A stretch of DNA of 44,210 nucleotides from Burkholderiaceae bacterium (lineage in GTDB: Bacteria; Pseudomonadota; Gammaproteobacteria; Burkholderiales; Burkholderiaceae_E). The DNA lies in assembly GCA_044356835.1 (NCBI GenBank), contig JBIKVK010000001.1:1-44210 (forward strand), in the 5' to 3' direction. Under the pieces are notes generated by a model, which was not told the origin of the DNA, made no database searches, and saw nothing but the letters and a program-made list of their open reading frames with translations. Below, in pieces: positions 36,758 to 44,210 of this stretch; position 1 is the stretch's first letter, and every line of letters begins with the position of its first letter. The position numbers and the translations under genes are program-made.

Positions 36758-37144
36758 TCAGCCGGGCGAGGCAGCCGCCTTGCCGGGATCGGACCCGGAC
36801 GATGAAGCGCTCGGAGACGAAGCCGCGGCCGCAGAGTTGCCCGAGGGCGACGGGTCCGACGTCCCGGATGGGCTGGGCCCCGCAGCATCGGGCTTGCCGC
36901 CCCCCTCTCCCGAGGCGTCGCCCCCTGCGCCGGCGGGCTCGGCCGGCTTGCGGCCCTTGCCCTGATCCCGAAAATCGGTCGCGTACCAGCCGCTACCCTT
37001 CAGCTGAAAGGCAGGCGCAGTCAGGACCCGGGCAAATCCCTGTCCGCCGCAGGATGGGCACTGCGTGAGCGGGGCATCAGAAATTTTCTGAAGCTGGTCC
37101 TTCTCGAAGCCGCAGTCCTGGCAACGATAGGCGTAAATCGGCAT
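36758..37144 (-). CDS. FmdB-family zinc-ribbon protein with a long low-complexity tail
   Basis: MPIYAYRCQDCGF..CPSCGG (CxxC..CxxC zinc ribbon), followed by a ~60 aa Gly/Ala/Ser/Pro-rich tail. Confidence 0.8.
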   Translation of the reverse strand: MPIYAYRCQDCGFEKDQLQKISDAPLTQCPSCGGQGFARVLTAPAFQLKGSGWYATDFRDQGKGRKPAEPAGAGGDASGEGGGKPDAAGPSPSGTSDPSPSGNSAAAASSPSASSSGSDPGKAAASPG

Positions 37145-37147
37145 GGC

Positions 37148-37169
37148 AAAAGGCCATCGCGAGATGGCC
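37148..37169 (-). terminator. Intrinsic terminator-like hairpin after ssb
   Basis: Minus strand: GGCCATC-TCGC-GATGGCC (perfect 7 bp stem) followed by TTTT. Lies 35 nt after the ssb stop, with only 3 nt (GCC) between the T-tract and the fmdB ATG. Confidence 0.6.
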
Positions 37170-37203
37170 CCTCGGAAATGGAAAACCGGAAATTATAGGA
37201 AAT

Positions 37204-37677
37204 TCAGAACGGAATGTCGTCGTCGGCGTCGTCAAAACCGCCCGCCGGTTTGCGCGCAGCCGCACCGGCGCCTCCCGCCGGACGCCCTCCCGCCTCGCGC
37301 GAGGGTGCGTCCTCAGCCCCTCCTGCGCCCATACCGCCACCTTCCCGGCCGCCGAGAAGCTGCATTTCGGTGGCGATGATCTCGGTGGTGTAGCGGTCCT
37401 GCCCCTCCTTGTCCTGCCACTTGCGGGTCTGAAGACGCCCTTCGACATAGACGGGGCGGCCTTTCTTGAGGTATTCGCCCGCGATTTCGGCGAGTCGGTC
37501 GTAGAAAACCACCCGATGCCACTCTGTTTCTTCGCGACGCTCGCCGGAATTCTTGTCCTTCCAGGAGCGGGTCGTGGCGATCGAAACATTGCAAATCGCA
37601 CCGCCATTGGGCGAAAAACGGGTCTCGGGATCGCGGCCGAGGTTGCCGAGCAGGATCACTTTGTTCACAGAAGCCAT
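37204..37677 (-). CDS. ssb: Single-stranded DNA-binding protein
   Basis: [27 protein letters not shown].. OB fold, a Gly-rich linker, and the acidic tip DDDIPF. ATG 37677. Confidence 0.95.
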   Translation of the reverse strand: MASVNKVILLGNLGRDPETRFSPNGGAICNVSIATTRSWKDKNSGERREETEWHRVVFYDRLAEIAGEYLKKGRPVYVEGRLQTRKWQDKEGQDRYTTEIIATEMQLLGGREGGGMGAGGAEDAPSREAGGRPAGGAGAAARKPAGGFDDADDDIPF

Positions 37678-37710
37678 ATCGCTCTCCAAAGCATGAGTCG
37701 GTCGTGAAGT

Positions 37711-38913
37711 TCAGAGCGCCGGCACCGGCATGCGCCGGTGCCAAAGCGCCGCCAAGAGCCACGCCCCCAGCAACGTCGCCGCGGTCGCGAAGACTGCGGC
37801 GTCGCCCCAGGCGCTGCGCACCAGGCCGGCAGCAGCGCCGCCGACAAACAACCCCATGGACTGGGTGGTGTTGAACAGCCCCAGCGCCGCGCCACGCGCC
37901 GTCGCCGGGGCGCGTCGCGACACCATCGAGGGCAGACTCGCCTCGAGAATATTGAAGGCTGAAAAGAACACGAACAAAAGAACTGCGAAAAGCACTACGC
38001 CCTGCGGCCGAAGCGAGAGCGCCACCAGTACGGCCGCAAGGACGGCCACGCTGGCGACGAAAACTTCCTTGGCACGGCCGCGACGCTCGCCCCAACCGAC
38101 CGCCGGCATCATGGGCGCAAACGATAGCAGCACCACCGGCAGGTAGAGCATCCAGTGATCCGAGATCGGCAGTCCGGCGCGCTCGATCAGCCAGCCGGGC
38201 AAGACCACGAACATCGCGACCTGGACCGCATGAAGCGAAAAGATGCCGAAATTGATCCGGGCAAGCTCCGGGTCGGCCGCGACCTGAGCGAACTGCTCGC
38301 GGGTGAGGGGCGCCCGCTCGAGCCGTGGCGCATCCGGCACGACATAGATCACCCAGAGCACGGCCGCAGTCGCAAGCAGGGCAGTCGCAGCAAACATGCC
38401 GCCCATGCCGAGCCAGCGGTAGAGCGGCGGGGCAACGATCAGCGACAAGGCAAACATCGCACCAATGCTGATGCCGACCAACGCCATCGCCTTGGTGCGC
38501 TGACTCTCTCGGGTGCAGTCGGCCACCAGCGCACTCACGGCCGCAGAGATGGCGCCAGCGCCCTGCAGGCCTCGTCCGATGGTCATCACCAGAAGATCGG
38601 AGGCGAGGGCCGCAACAACGCTGCCCAGGGCGAAAACGAGCAGCCCGAAGATGATCACGGGCTTTCGGCCGAACCGGTCCGATGCGATCCCCAACGGAAG
38701 CTGCAGCAGGGCCTGGGTCAGGCCGTAAATGCCCAACGCCAGGCCGAGCAAGGCAGGATCGCCGCCCTCGGGCAGGGAGCGGGCGTGAACCGCAAGCACC
38801 GGCAGCACCATGAACAGCCCCAGCATGCGAAGCGACTGCACCGAGGCGAGCGACAGGCTCGCGCGCAGTTCGGCCGGGTTCATGCGGTCGGGCAATGGAG
38901 GGGCGGTTGTCAT
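37711..38913 (-). CDS. MFS transporter
   Basis: ~400 aa and 12 predicted TM helices, with the MFS loop motif [16 protein letters not shown] 38913 (MTTAPPL..). Sits between ssb and the divergent uvrA. Confidence 0.82.
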   Translation of the reverse strand: MTTAPPLPDRMNPAELRASLSLASVQSLRMLGLFMVLPVLAVHARSLPEGGDPALLGLALGIYGLTQALLQLPLGIASDRFGRKPVIIFGLLVFALGSVVAALASDLLVMTIGRGLQGAGAISAAVSALVADCTRESQRTKAMALVGISIGAMFALSLIVAPPLYRWLGMGGMFAATALLATAAVLWVIYVVPDAPRLERAPLTREQFAQVAADPELARINFGIFSLHAVQVAMFVVLPGWLIERAGLPISDHWMLYLPVVLLSFAPMMPAVGWGERRGRAKEVFVASVAVLAAVLVALSLRPQGVVLFAVLLFVFFSAFNILEASLPSMVSRRAPATARGAALGLFNTTQSMGLFVGGAAAGLVRSAWGDAAVFATAATLLGAWLLAALWHRRMPVPAL

Positions 38914-39019
38914 CGGAACGGGATCAAAACGATTTATATTAGCCGATTGGCCTTCGGGCCCCTCCCGGTTCCCGCCGGCCCCCCTCGGACACCGGGCCGT
39001 GCTCACTGACTCCCGCCCC

Positions 39020-41869
39020 ATGACCCCGATCAGCCTGCGCGGCGCACGCACCCACAACCTGAAAAACATCGACCTGGACATCCCGCGCCACCAGCTGGTG
39101 GTGATTACCGGGCTGTCGGGATCGGGTAAATCGTCGCTCGCCTTCGATACCCTCTATGCGGAGGGTCAGCGGCGATATGTCGAGTCGCTGTCGGCCTATG
39201 CCCGCCAGTTCCTCGACCGGATGGACAAGCCCGATGTGGATTCAATCGAGGGGCTGTCACCCGCGATTGCCATCGAGCAGAAGGCGGGCAGCCACAACCC
39301 GCGTTCAACCGTCGGCACGGTCACCGAGATCAACGACTACCTGCGACTGCTCTTCGCACGGGCCGGGACACCGTTCTGCCCGGCGCATCCCGACCAAGCC
39401 CTCGAGGCGCACAGCGTTTCGCTGATGGTCGACCGGGTTCTCGAGCTGGCCCCGGGCAGCCGGCTGCTGATCCTTGCGCCCTTGCCCGCACACCAGGCCC
39501 TGGATCCGGGCTCTGCATTGACGTCCTTGCAGGGCCAGGGCTTCGTGCGCATTCGGGTGGCGGGCAAGGTGATCGAACTGTCGGGGCCGGGGCCGCTGCC
39601 CTCCATCGCGGCGGGGGAAGCGATTGAGGTCGTCGTCGACCGCGTCAAGGTGGGCGCATCGATCCGCCAGCGGCTGGCCGATTCTTTCGAAACGGCGCTT
39701 GATCTCGCTGAGGGCCGTTGCCTGGTGCATGACCTCGAGCGCGGGGAAACGATGAGTTTCTCCAACCGTTATGCCTGTCCGCTCTGCGGCCAAATGAGTC
39801 CACCGCTGGAGCCGCGACTTTTTTCGTTCAACAACCCTTCGGGTGCCTGTTTCTCCTGCCACGGTCTGGGACGGGTCGAATTCATCGACCCCGAGCGGGT
39901 GGTCGAGTTTCCCGAACTGAGTCTTGCCTCCGGGGCCATCCGCGGCTGGGATCAGCGCAACAGCTTCGCAAGCGCAATGATCGCAAGCCTCGCCCAGGCG
40001 CTCAATTTCGATCCGGCGACCCCGTTCAGGGATCTGCCCGAGAGCATTCAGGCCATCGTGCTCAATGGCTCGGGCGATCGGGTGCTGCAGTTTGACTACG
40101 GCGACGCCGCGTCGGCTGCAAGCCGCCGGGAACACCCGTTCGAGGGCGTGATCCCCAACCTCGAACGTCGGCGACGCGAGACGGACTCGCAGCAGGTGCG
40201 CGAGGAGATCGGACGCTATCTCAGCACGCGCGACTGCCCGGCCTGTCAGGGGGCACGCTTGAGACCCGAGGCCCGGTTCGTGCGGCTGGGCACGGGCGGG
40301 CAGGCCCAGCCCATCCATGCGCTTTCGCATCGCACGCTCTCCGACCTCCATGCCTGGTTCGAGACCTTGCAGCTGAGCGGCGCCCGGGCCAGGATCGCCG
40401 AGCGGCTGGTGCGCGACATCCTCAACCGCCTGCGCTTCCTAAACGACGTCGGCTTGGGCTACCTGAGTCTGGAACGACCCGCAGACTCCCTCTCCGGTGG
40501 GGAGTCTCAGAGGATCCGGCTCGCCTCGCAGATCGGCTCCGGGCTGACCGGGGTCATGTATGTGCTTGACGAGCCCTCCATTGGCCTGCATCAGCGCGAC
40601 AACGACCGATTGATTGCAACGCTCAAGCGTTTGCGGGATCTGGGCAACAGCGTGCTGGTCGTCGAGCACGACGAGGAGTCGATTCGTGCGGCCGACCATG
40701 TGATCGACATGGGGCCCGGCGCCGGCGAGCATGGCGGGCGGGTGGTCGCGCAGGGTCGGCCTGAGGAGATCGAGACCCATCCCGATTCGATCACCGGTCT
40801 CTACCTGAGCGGTCAGCGCAGGGTCGAAGTCCCGACCCGGCGTCAGGCCGCCGACCAGCGCACGCTCACGGTACGTGGCGCACGCGCTCACAACCTGCGC
40901 GGACTCACGGTGTCGTTTCCGATCGGGCTGATCACCTGCGTGACCGGCGTTTCAGGGTCTGGGAAGTCGACCCTGGTGAACGATACGCTGCAGCCGGCGG
41001 TGCTCACCCACGTCAATCGTTCACCTACCCAGCCCCTGCAGTGCGAAGCGGTCGAGGGCGTCGAGCACTTCGACAAGGTCATCGCAGTCGATCAGAGCCC
41101 GATTGGCCGGACGCCGCGCTCCAACCCTGCAACCTATACGGGCCTGTTCACCCCGATCCGGGAACTGTTCGCCGAGACTTCGGGCGCCCGCGAACGTGGC
41201 TACGGACCGGGGCGCTTCTCCTTCAATGTGAAAGGGGGCCGCTGCGAAGCCTGCGAAGGCGACGGCCTGATTCGGGTGGAAATGCACTTCCTGCCCGACA
41301 TCTACGTCGCCTGTGACACCTGCAAGGGCCGGCGCTACAACCGTGAAACCCTGGAGGTCCGTTACCGCGGCCTGAACATCGCCGAGGTTCTGGAGCTGAC
41401 CGTCGAGCAGGCGCACGATCTCTTCCAGGCGGTTCCGGCCATCGAACGCAAACTCGCCACGCTGGCCGAAGTGGGTCTCGGTTACCTGCGGCTGGGCCAA
41501 AGTGCAACCACACTCTCGGGTGGTGAAGCGCAGCGGGTGAAACTGGCCGAAGAGCTGGCCCGTCGTGACACCGGCCGCACGCTTTACATTCTCGATGAAC
41601 CGACCACGGGTCTGCACTTCCAGGACGTAGCCATGCTGCTCAAGGTGATTGGTCAGCTGCGCGGGCGGGGCAATACGCTGATCGTGATCGAGCACAACCT
41701 CGATGTGATCAAGACCGCCGACTGGGTGATCGACCTGGGCCCGGAGGGTGGCGACGGCGGCGGCCGCGTGATGGCCGAGGGCACCCCCGAGCAGGTGGCC
41801 GCCTGCCCGCACAGCCACACCGGCCGCTACTTGGCTGCAGTGCTGGCCGCGGGCCGATCCCGCCCATAG
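39020..41869 (+). CDS. uvrA: Excinuclease ABC subunit UvrA
   Basis: [53 protein letters not shown]. Two ABC modules and zinc-finger cysteines. 949 aa from ATG 39020. The track start 38810 is an over-extension. Confidence 0.96.
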   Translation: MTPISLRGARTHNLKNIDLDIPRHQLVVITGLSGSGKSSLAFDTLYAEGQRRYVESLSAYARQFLDRMDKPDVDSIEGLSPAIAIEQKAGSHNPRSTVGTVTEINDYLRLLFARAGTPFCPAHPDQALEAHSVSLMVDRVLELAPGSRLLILAPLPAHQALDPGSALTSLQGQGFVRIRVAGKVIELSGPGPLPSIAAGEAIEVVVDRVKVGASIRQRLADSFETALDLAEGRCLVHDLERGETMSFSNRYACPLCGQMSPPLEPRLFSFNNPSGACFSCHGLGRVEFIDPERVVEFPELSLASGAIRGWDQRNSFASAMIASLAQALNFDPATPFRDLPESIQAIVLNGSGDRVLQFDYGDAASAASRREHPFEGVIPNLERRRRETDSQQVREEIGRYLSTRDCPACQGARLRPEARFVRLGTGGQAQPIHALSHRTLSDLHAWFETLQLSGARARIAERLVRDILNRLRFLNDVGLGYLSLERPADSLSGGESQRIRLASQIGSGLTGVMYVLDEPSIGLHQRDNDRLIATLKRLRDLGNSVLVVEHDEESIRAADHVIDMGPGAGEHGGRVVAQGRPEEIETHPDSITGLYLSGQRRVEVPTRRQAADQRTLTVRGARAHNLRGLTVSFPIGLITCVTGVSGSGKSTLVNDTLQPAVLTHVNRSPTQPLQCEAVEGVEHFDKVIAVDQSPIGRTPRSNPATYTGLFTPIRELFAETSGARERGYGPGRFSFNVKGGRCEACEGDGLIRVEMHFLPDIYVACDTCKGRRYNRETLEVRYRGLNIAEVLELTVEQAHDLFQAVPAIERKLATLAEVGLGYLRLGQSATTLSGGEAQRVKLAEELARRDTGRTLYILDEPTTGLHFQDVAMLLKVIGQLRGRGNTLIVIEHNLDVIKTADWVIDLGPEGGDGGGRVMAEGTPEQVAACPHSHTGRYLAAVLAAGRSRP

Positions 41870-42624
41870 ACAGCAAAGCGCGCGAGCACGCGATCCATTT
41901 CCTGATCACCGAGGAGCGGGGGGTCGCCCAGCTGCAGCACCTGCGCATACATCCGGCACAGGTGCTCGACTTCGATCGCCAGATCCAGAACCTGCCGCAG
42001 TGATGGTGCGAGGGCGATCATCCCGTGATGCGCCATCAGGCAGGCGCGGCGCCCGGCGAGTGCCGCCAGCGTGAGCTGCGACAGTTCGACCGAGCCGAAG
42101 GTGGCATAGGGCGCACAGCGCAGGTCTTTTCCCCCGGCCACCGCAACCATGTAGTGAAATGCCGGAATGCCCGAGCGTTGGACCCGATCGGTGCAGGCCA
42201 GCGCGGTGGCATTGGGCGAGTGCAGATGCAGGATCGCCTGGGCATCCGGGCGGGCACACTGCAGACCCCAGTGGATCCGCCATTCGGATGACGGCGCAAG
42301 GCGACCGTCAAAGCGCGCGGGCGGCGCAAGCAGCCCGACATCGGCCGACACCGCTGCCCCGGGCGATACGGCACGCGCCGCGCCGGGACCATGACCCGCT
42401 GTGGGCTGGGCGAACGGCACCCAGACCAGATCGTCGGGGTCCATGCGGTCGTAAGCAACCCCGCTGGGGGTCAGCAGCATGCCCGGCTCTGCACCCCGGT
42501 TCCAGCGCAGCGACGCGTTGCCGGACTGGCCCTGATTGAGGCCCAGCGGAGAAAGCGAGCGCATCATCAGCACGATCGAATATCGCGCATCGTATTCGGT
42601 CGAAAAGGATTGGTCCTCGTTCAT
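41827..42624 (-). CDS. Class II aldolase/adducin-family protein (MtnB-like dehydratase or 5-methylthioribulose-1-P aldolase)
   Basis: [21 protein letters not shown] (zinc His pair) and MAHHGMIA. Lies directly downstream of mtnA. The 3' end overlaps the uvrA 3' end by 43 nt (convergent). Confidence 0.8.
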   Translation of the reverse strand: MNEDQSFSTEYDARYSIVLMMRSLSPLGLNQGQSGNASLRWNRGAEPGMLLTPSGVAYDRMDPDDLVWVPFAQPTAGHGPGAARAVSPGAAVSADVGLLAPPARFDGRLAPSSEWRIHWGLQCARPDAQAILHLHSPNATALACTDRVQRSGIPAFHYMVAVAGGKDLRCAPYATFGSVELSQLTLAALAGRRACLMAHHGMIALAPSLRQVLDLAIEVEHLCRMYAQVLQLGDPPLLGDQEMDRVLARFAVYGRDRPAASTAAK

Positions 42625-42644
42625 GGCACGGGTCGTCGGGGTGG

Positions 42645-43724
42645 TCAGAGGTGCAGGTCGGGCGGCATCAGGCCGATCCCTCTCAAGCCTTTTGAACTGG
42701 CCGGCACGACGCCTCGTTCGGTAATCAGTGCCGAGACCAGTCGTGCCGGCGTGATGTCAAACGCTGGGTTTGCGCAAGCACTGGATTCGGGGATGACCCG
42801 CAGACGGGCGATGCGGCCATCATCGAGGACACCCCGCAGATGACTGACCTCGTCAGCCGAACGTTCCTCGATCGGAATCGAGGCACCCTCCATTGCAGAC
42901 AGATCGATGGTGGACACCGGGCAGGCGACCCAAAACGGGATGCCGTTGTCGTGGGCTGCGAGCGCCTTCAGGTAGGTGCCGACCTTGTTGGCCACATCGC
43001 CATTGGCCGCCACCCGATCGCAACCGGTGATCACGGCATCGACCTCGCCGCGCATCATCAGCAAACCCCCCGCGTTGTCGGCGATCACAGTGTGGGGGAT
43101 CCCGGCACGGGCCAGTTCCCATGCGGTCAGGCTCGCCCCCTGGTTGCGCGGGCGGGTCTCGTCGACCCAGACGTGCACGGGTCGGCCCGCGCGATGCAGG
43201 TGATAGATCGGTGCCAGGGCGGTGCCGTGAGCCACGGTGGCGAGCCGCCCGGCGTTGCAATGCGTAAGGATCGCCATTGGCCGGCCCGCCGAGGCCGCAG
43301 CAAGTTCGCTGATCAGGCGAGCTCCATACTCGCCGATCGCCGCGTTGCACGCCTCATCCTCATCACAGATCCGGGCGCATTCATCCCAGGCAGCCTGCGC
43401 CCGGCCCGCAAGGGGGACATTGAGCACCGCCGAGCGTACTCGCGACAGTGCCCAGGCGAGATTGACGGCCGTCGGCCGCGCGCAGGCCAGCCAGGCACAA
43501 GCGCGCTCCAGGGCCTGATCGCGCGGATCATCTCGCAGGCTGAAGGCCAGACCAAAGGCTGCCACTGCGCCGATGAGGGGCGCGCCCCGAACAGCCATGG
43601 ATTGGATCGCCTGGAAGCACTGCGCCGCATCGGTGAGCCTGAGCACGCACTCCTCGAAGGGCAGCCGCGACTGGTCGATCGTTTCAATCGCGCGCTCACC
43701 ATCGATGATCAGGGTTCTTGACAT
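42645..43724 (-). CDS. mtnA: S-methyl-5-thioribose-1-phosphate isomerase
   Basis: 359 aa. IDQSRLPFE, AVRGAPLIGA, THCNAG, VDETRPRNQGA and GCDRVAANGDVANKVGTY are eIF-2B/MtnA family motifs. Confidence 0.9.
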   Translation of the reverse strand: MSRTLIIDGERAIETIDQSRLPFEECVLRLTDAAQCFQAIQSMAVRGAPLIGAVAAFGLAFSLRDDPRDQALERACAWLACARPTAVNLAWALSRVRSAVLNVPLAGRAQAAWDECARICDEDEACNAAIGEYGARLISELAAASAGRPMAILTHCNAGRLATVAHGTALAPIYHLHRAGRPVHVWVDETRPRNQGASLTAWELARAGIPHTVIADNAGGLLMMRGEVDAVITGCDRVAANGDVANKVGTYLKALAAHDNGIPFWVACPVSTIDLSAMEGASIPIEERSADEVSHLRGVLDDGRIARLRVIPESSACANPAFDITPARLVSALITERGVVPASSKGLRGIGLMPPDLHL

Positions 43725-43747
43725 GATTCAAAGGCCGGTCGGGACTG

Positions 43748-43761
43748 TTGCCTTAGATCAA
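43748..43761. promoter_or_regulatory. Weak FNR/CRP-family-like palindrome
   Basis: TTGCC-TTAG-ATCAA versus the FNR consensus TTGAT-N4-ATCAA (8/10). Located in the mtnA / right-edge gene divergent intergenic region, 117 nt upstream of ATG 43878. Confidence 0.25.
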
Positions 43762-43877
43762 AGGCGCGCGCTTCAGCAGCCGCTTGAGCGCATGGGAGTG
43801 GTGCAGTCTAACGGATGGTGGCCATGCGGGCCCGCAGCTCGCTTGGCTGGAGATCCGGTACCAGCGTTCAGAAATCG

Positions 43878-44210
43878 ATGGGCTTCCCTCTTCCGGTCGC
43901 CGGCGCGACCGAACTGTCAACCTTGCTCGCAGTCTTTCTGTTCGGACTGCTCGGCGGCACCCACTGCGCCGGGATGTGCGGCGGCATTGTTGCGACCCTC
44001 AACCGGCCCGCGCCAAGCCTCCGGATTCAACCGGTCGCGCCGCATCGCCCGGATCCGAGCAGCGCTGAATGGGCCCGGCAGCTCGTCTATCACGCCGGGC
44101 GCATCGTCAGTTACACGCTGGCCGGAGCCATCGCAGCCTCGATCGGTTCGGCTGCCATGCTCGCGGAGCGGTTACTTCCAATGCAGCAGATCGCTTTTGT
44201 CGCAGGGTCG
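43878..44210 (+). CDS. Membrane protein of the DsbD_2 / TauE-SafE-like family (N-terminal part; continues beyond the window)
   Basis: My translation: MGFPLPVAGATELSTLLAVFLFGLLGGTHCAGMCGGIVATLN..YHAGRIVSYTLAGAIAAS... The GxxHCxxMCGG motif within a TM helix is characteristic of the family. The frame stays open to the window end, so it is absent from the ORF track. Confidence 0.6.
   Translation, partial: MGFPLPVAGATELSTLLAVFLFGLLGGTHCAGMCGGIVATLNRPAPSLRIQPVAPHRPDPSSAEWARQLVYHAGRIVSYTLAGAIAASIGSAAMLAERLLPMQQIAFVAGS

Noticed and set aside
37678-39019. Expected LexA (SOS) boxes upstream of ssb and uvrA
   Set aside because: I looked for CTGT-N8-ACAG in the ssb-MFS spacer (37678..37710) and the MFS-uvrA intergenic region (38914..39019) and found none, so no site is reported.
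38155-41818. ORFs 38155..39009 (+), 39305..40351 (-) and 41021..41818 (-)
   Set aside because: They are antisense to the MFS transporter or to uvrA and carry no independent motifs.
1-44210. Mobile element, genomic island, CRISPR array or defence system anywhere in the window
   Set aside because: No integrase, transposase or recombinase ORF. No tRNA or attachment-like direct repeats. No spaced repeat array. No obvious AT-rich or GC-shifted block. Gene content is housekeeping or metabolic throughout.

Overview
High-GC (~65%) chromosomal segment whose gene content and order look betaproteobacterial, Burkholderiales-like (inference). It is dense, mostly core/housekeeping DNA. I saw no tRNA, rRNA, CRISPR array, integrase, transposase, IS ends, phage genes or recognisable defence genes. 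Order, left to right: (1) the 5' end of the dcw cell-wall cluster on the minus strand (mraZ, rsmH, ftsL, ftsI, and an in-frame murE-murF fusion that runs off the left edge, so it is missing from the ORF track); (2) RNase P RNA (rnpB, minus); (3) a minus-strand string ttuC, Bug/TctC binding protein, ttuD-type glycerate kinase, pyrC, DUF3025; (4) aapJQMP amino-acid ABC transporter (plus); (5) Atm1-type ABC exporter and an orphan XdhC-family protein (minus); (6) Hsp20 plus a divergent GroES-less GroEL paralogue (minus), divergent from an MscS-family channel; (7) the four-gene ligase-associated DNA damage response module (exonuclease, ATP-dependent ligase, DEXH helicase, PdeM), here split by a 3.1 kb insert (aminotransferase, DUF429, folE); (8) clsB, ybhP-like EEP, nudB, aspS, DUF502, FmdB zinc ribbon, ssb, MFS, then uvrA (plus); (9) class II aldolase and mtnA (minus), and a partial DsbD_2/TauE-like membrane protein at the right edge. 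I cannot support a clearly novel multi-gene system here. The best second-look candidates are the split ligase-associated module with its DUF429/folE/aminotransferase insert, the XdhC-Atm1 pair, the orphan GroEL/Hsp20 pair, pyrC with no canonical start codon, and the murE-murF fusion. Many long ORFs in the track are antisense or out-of-frame shadows typical of high-GC DNA and are rejected.
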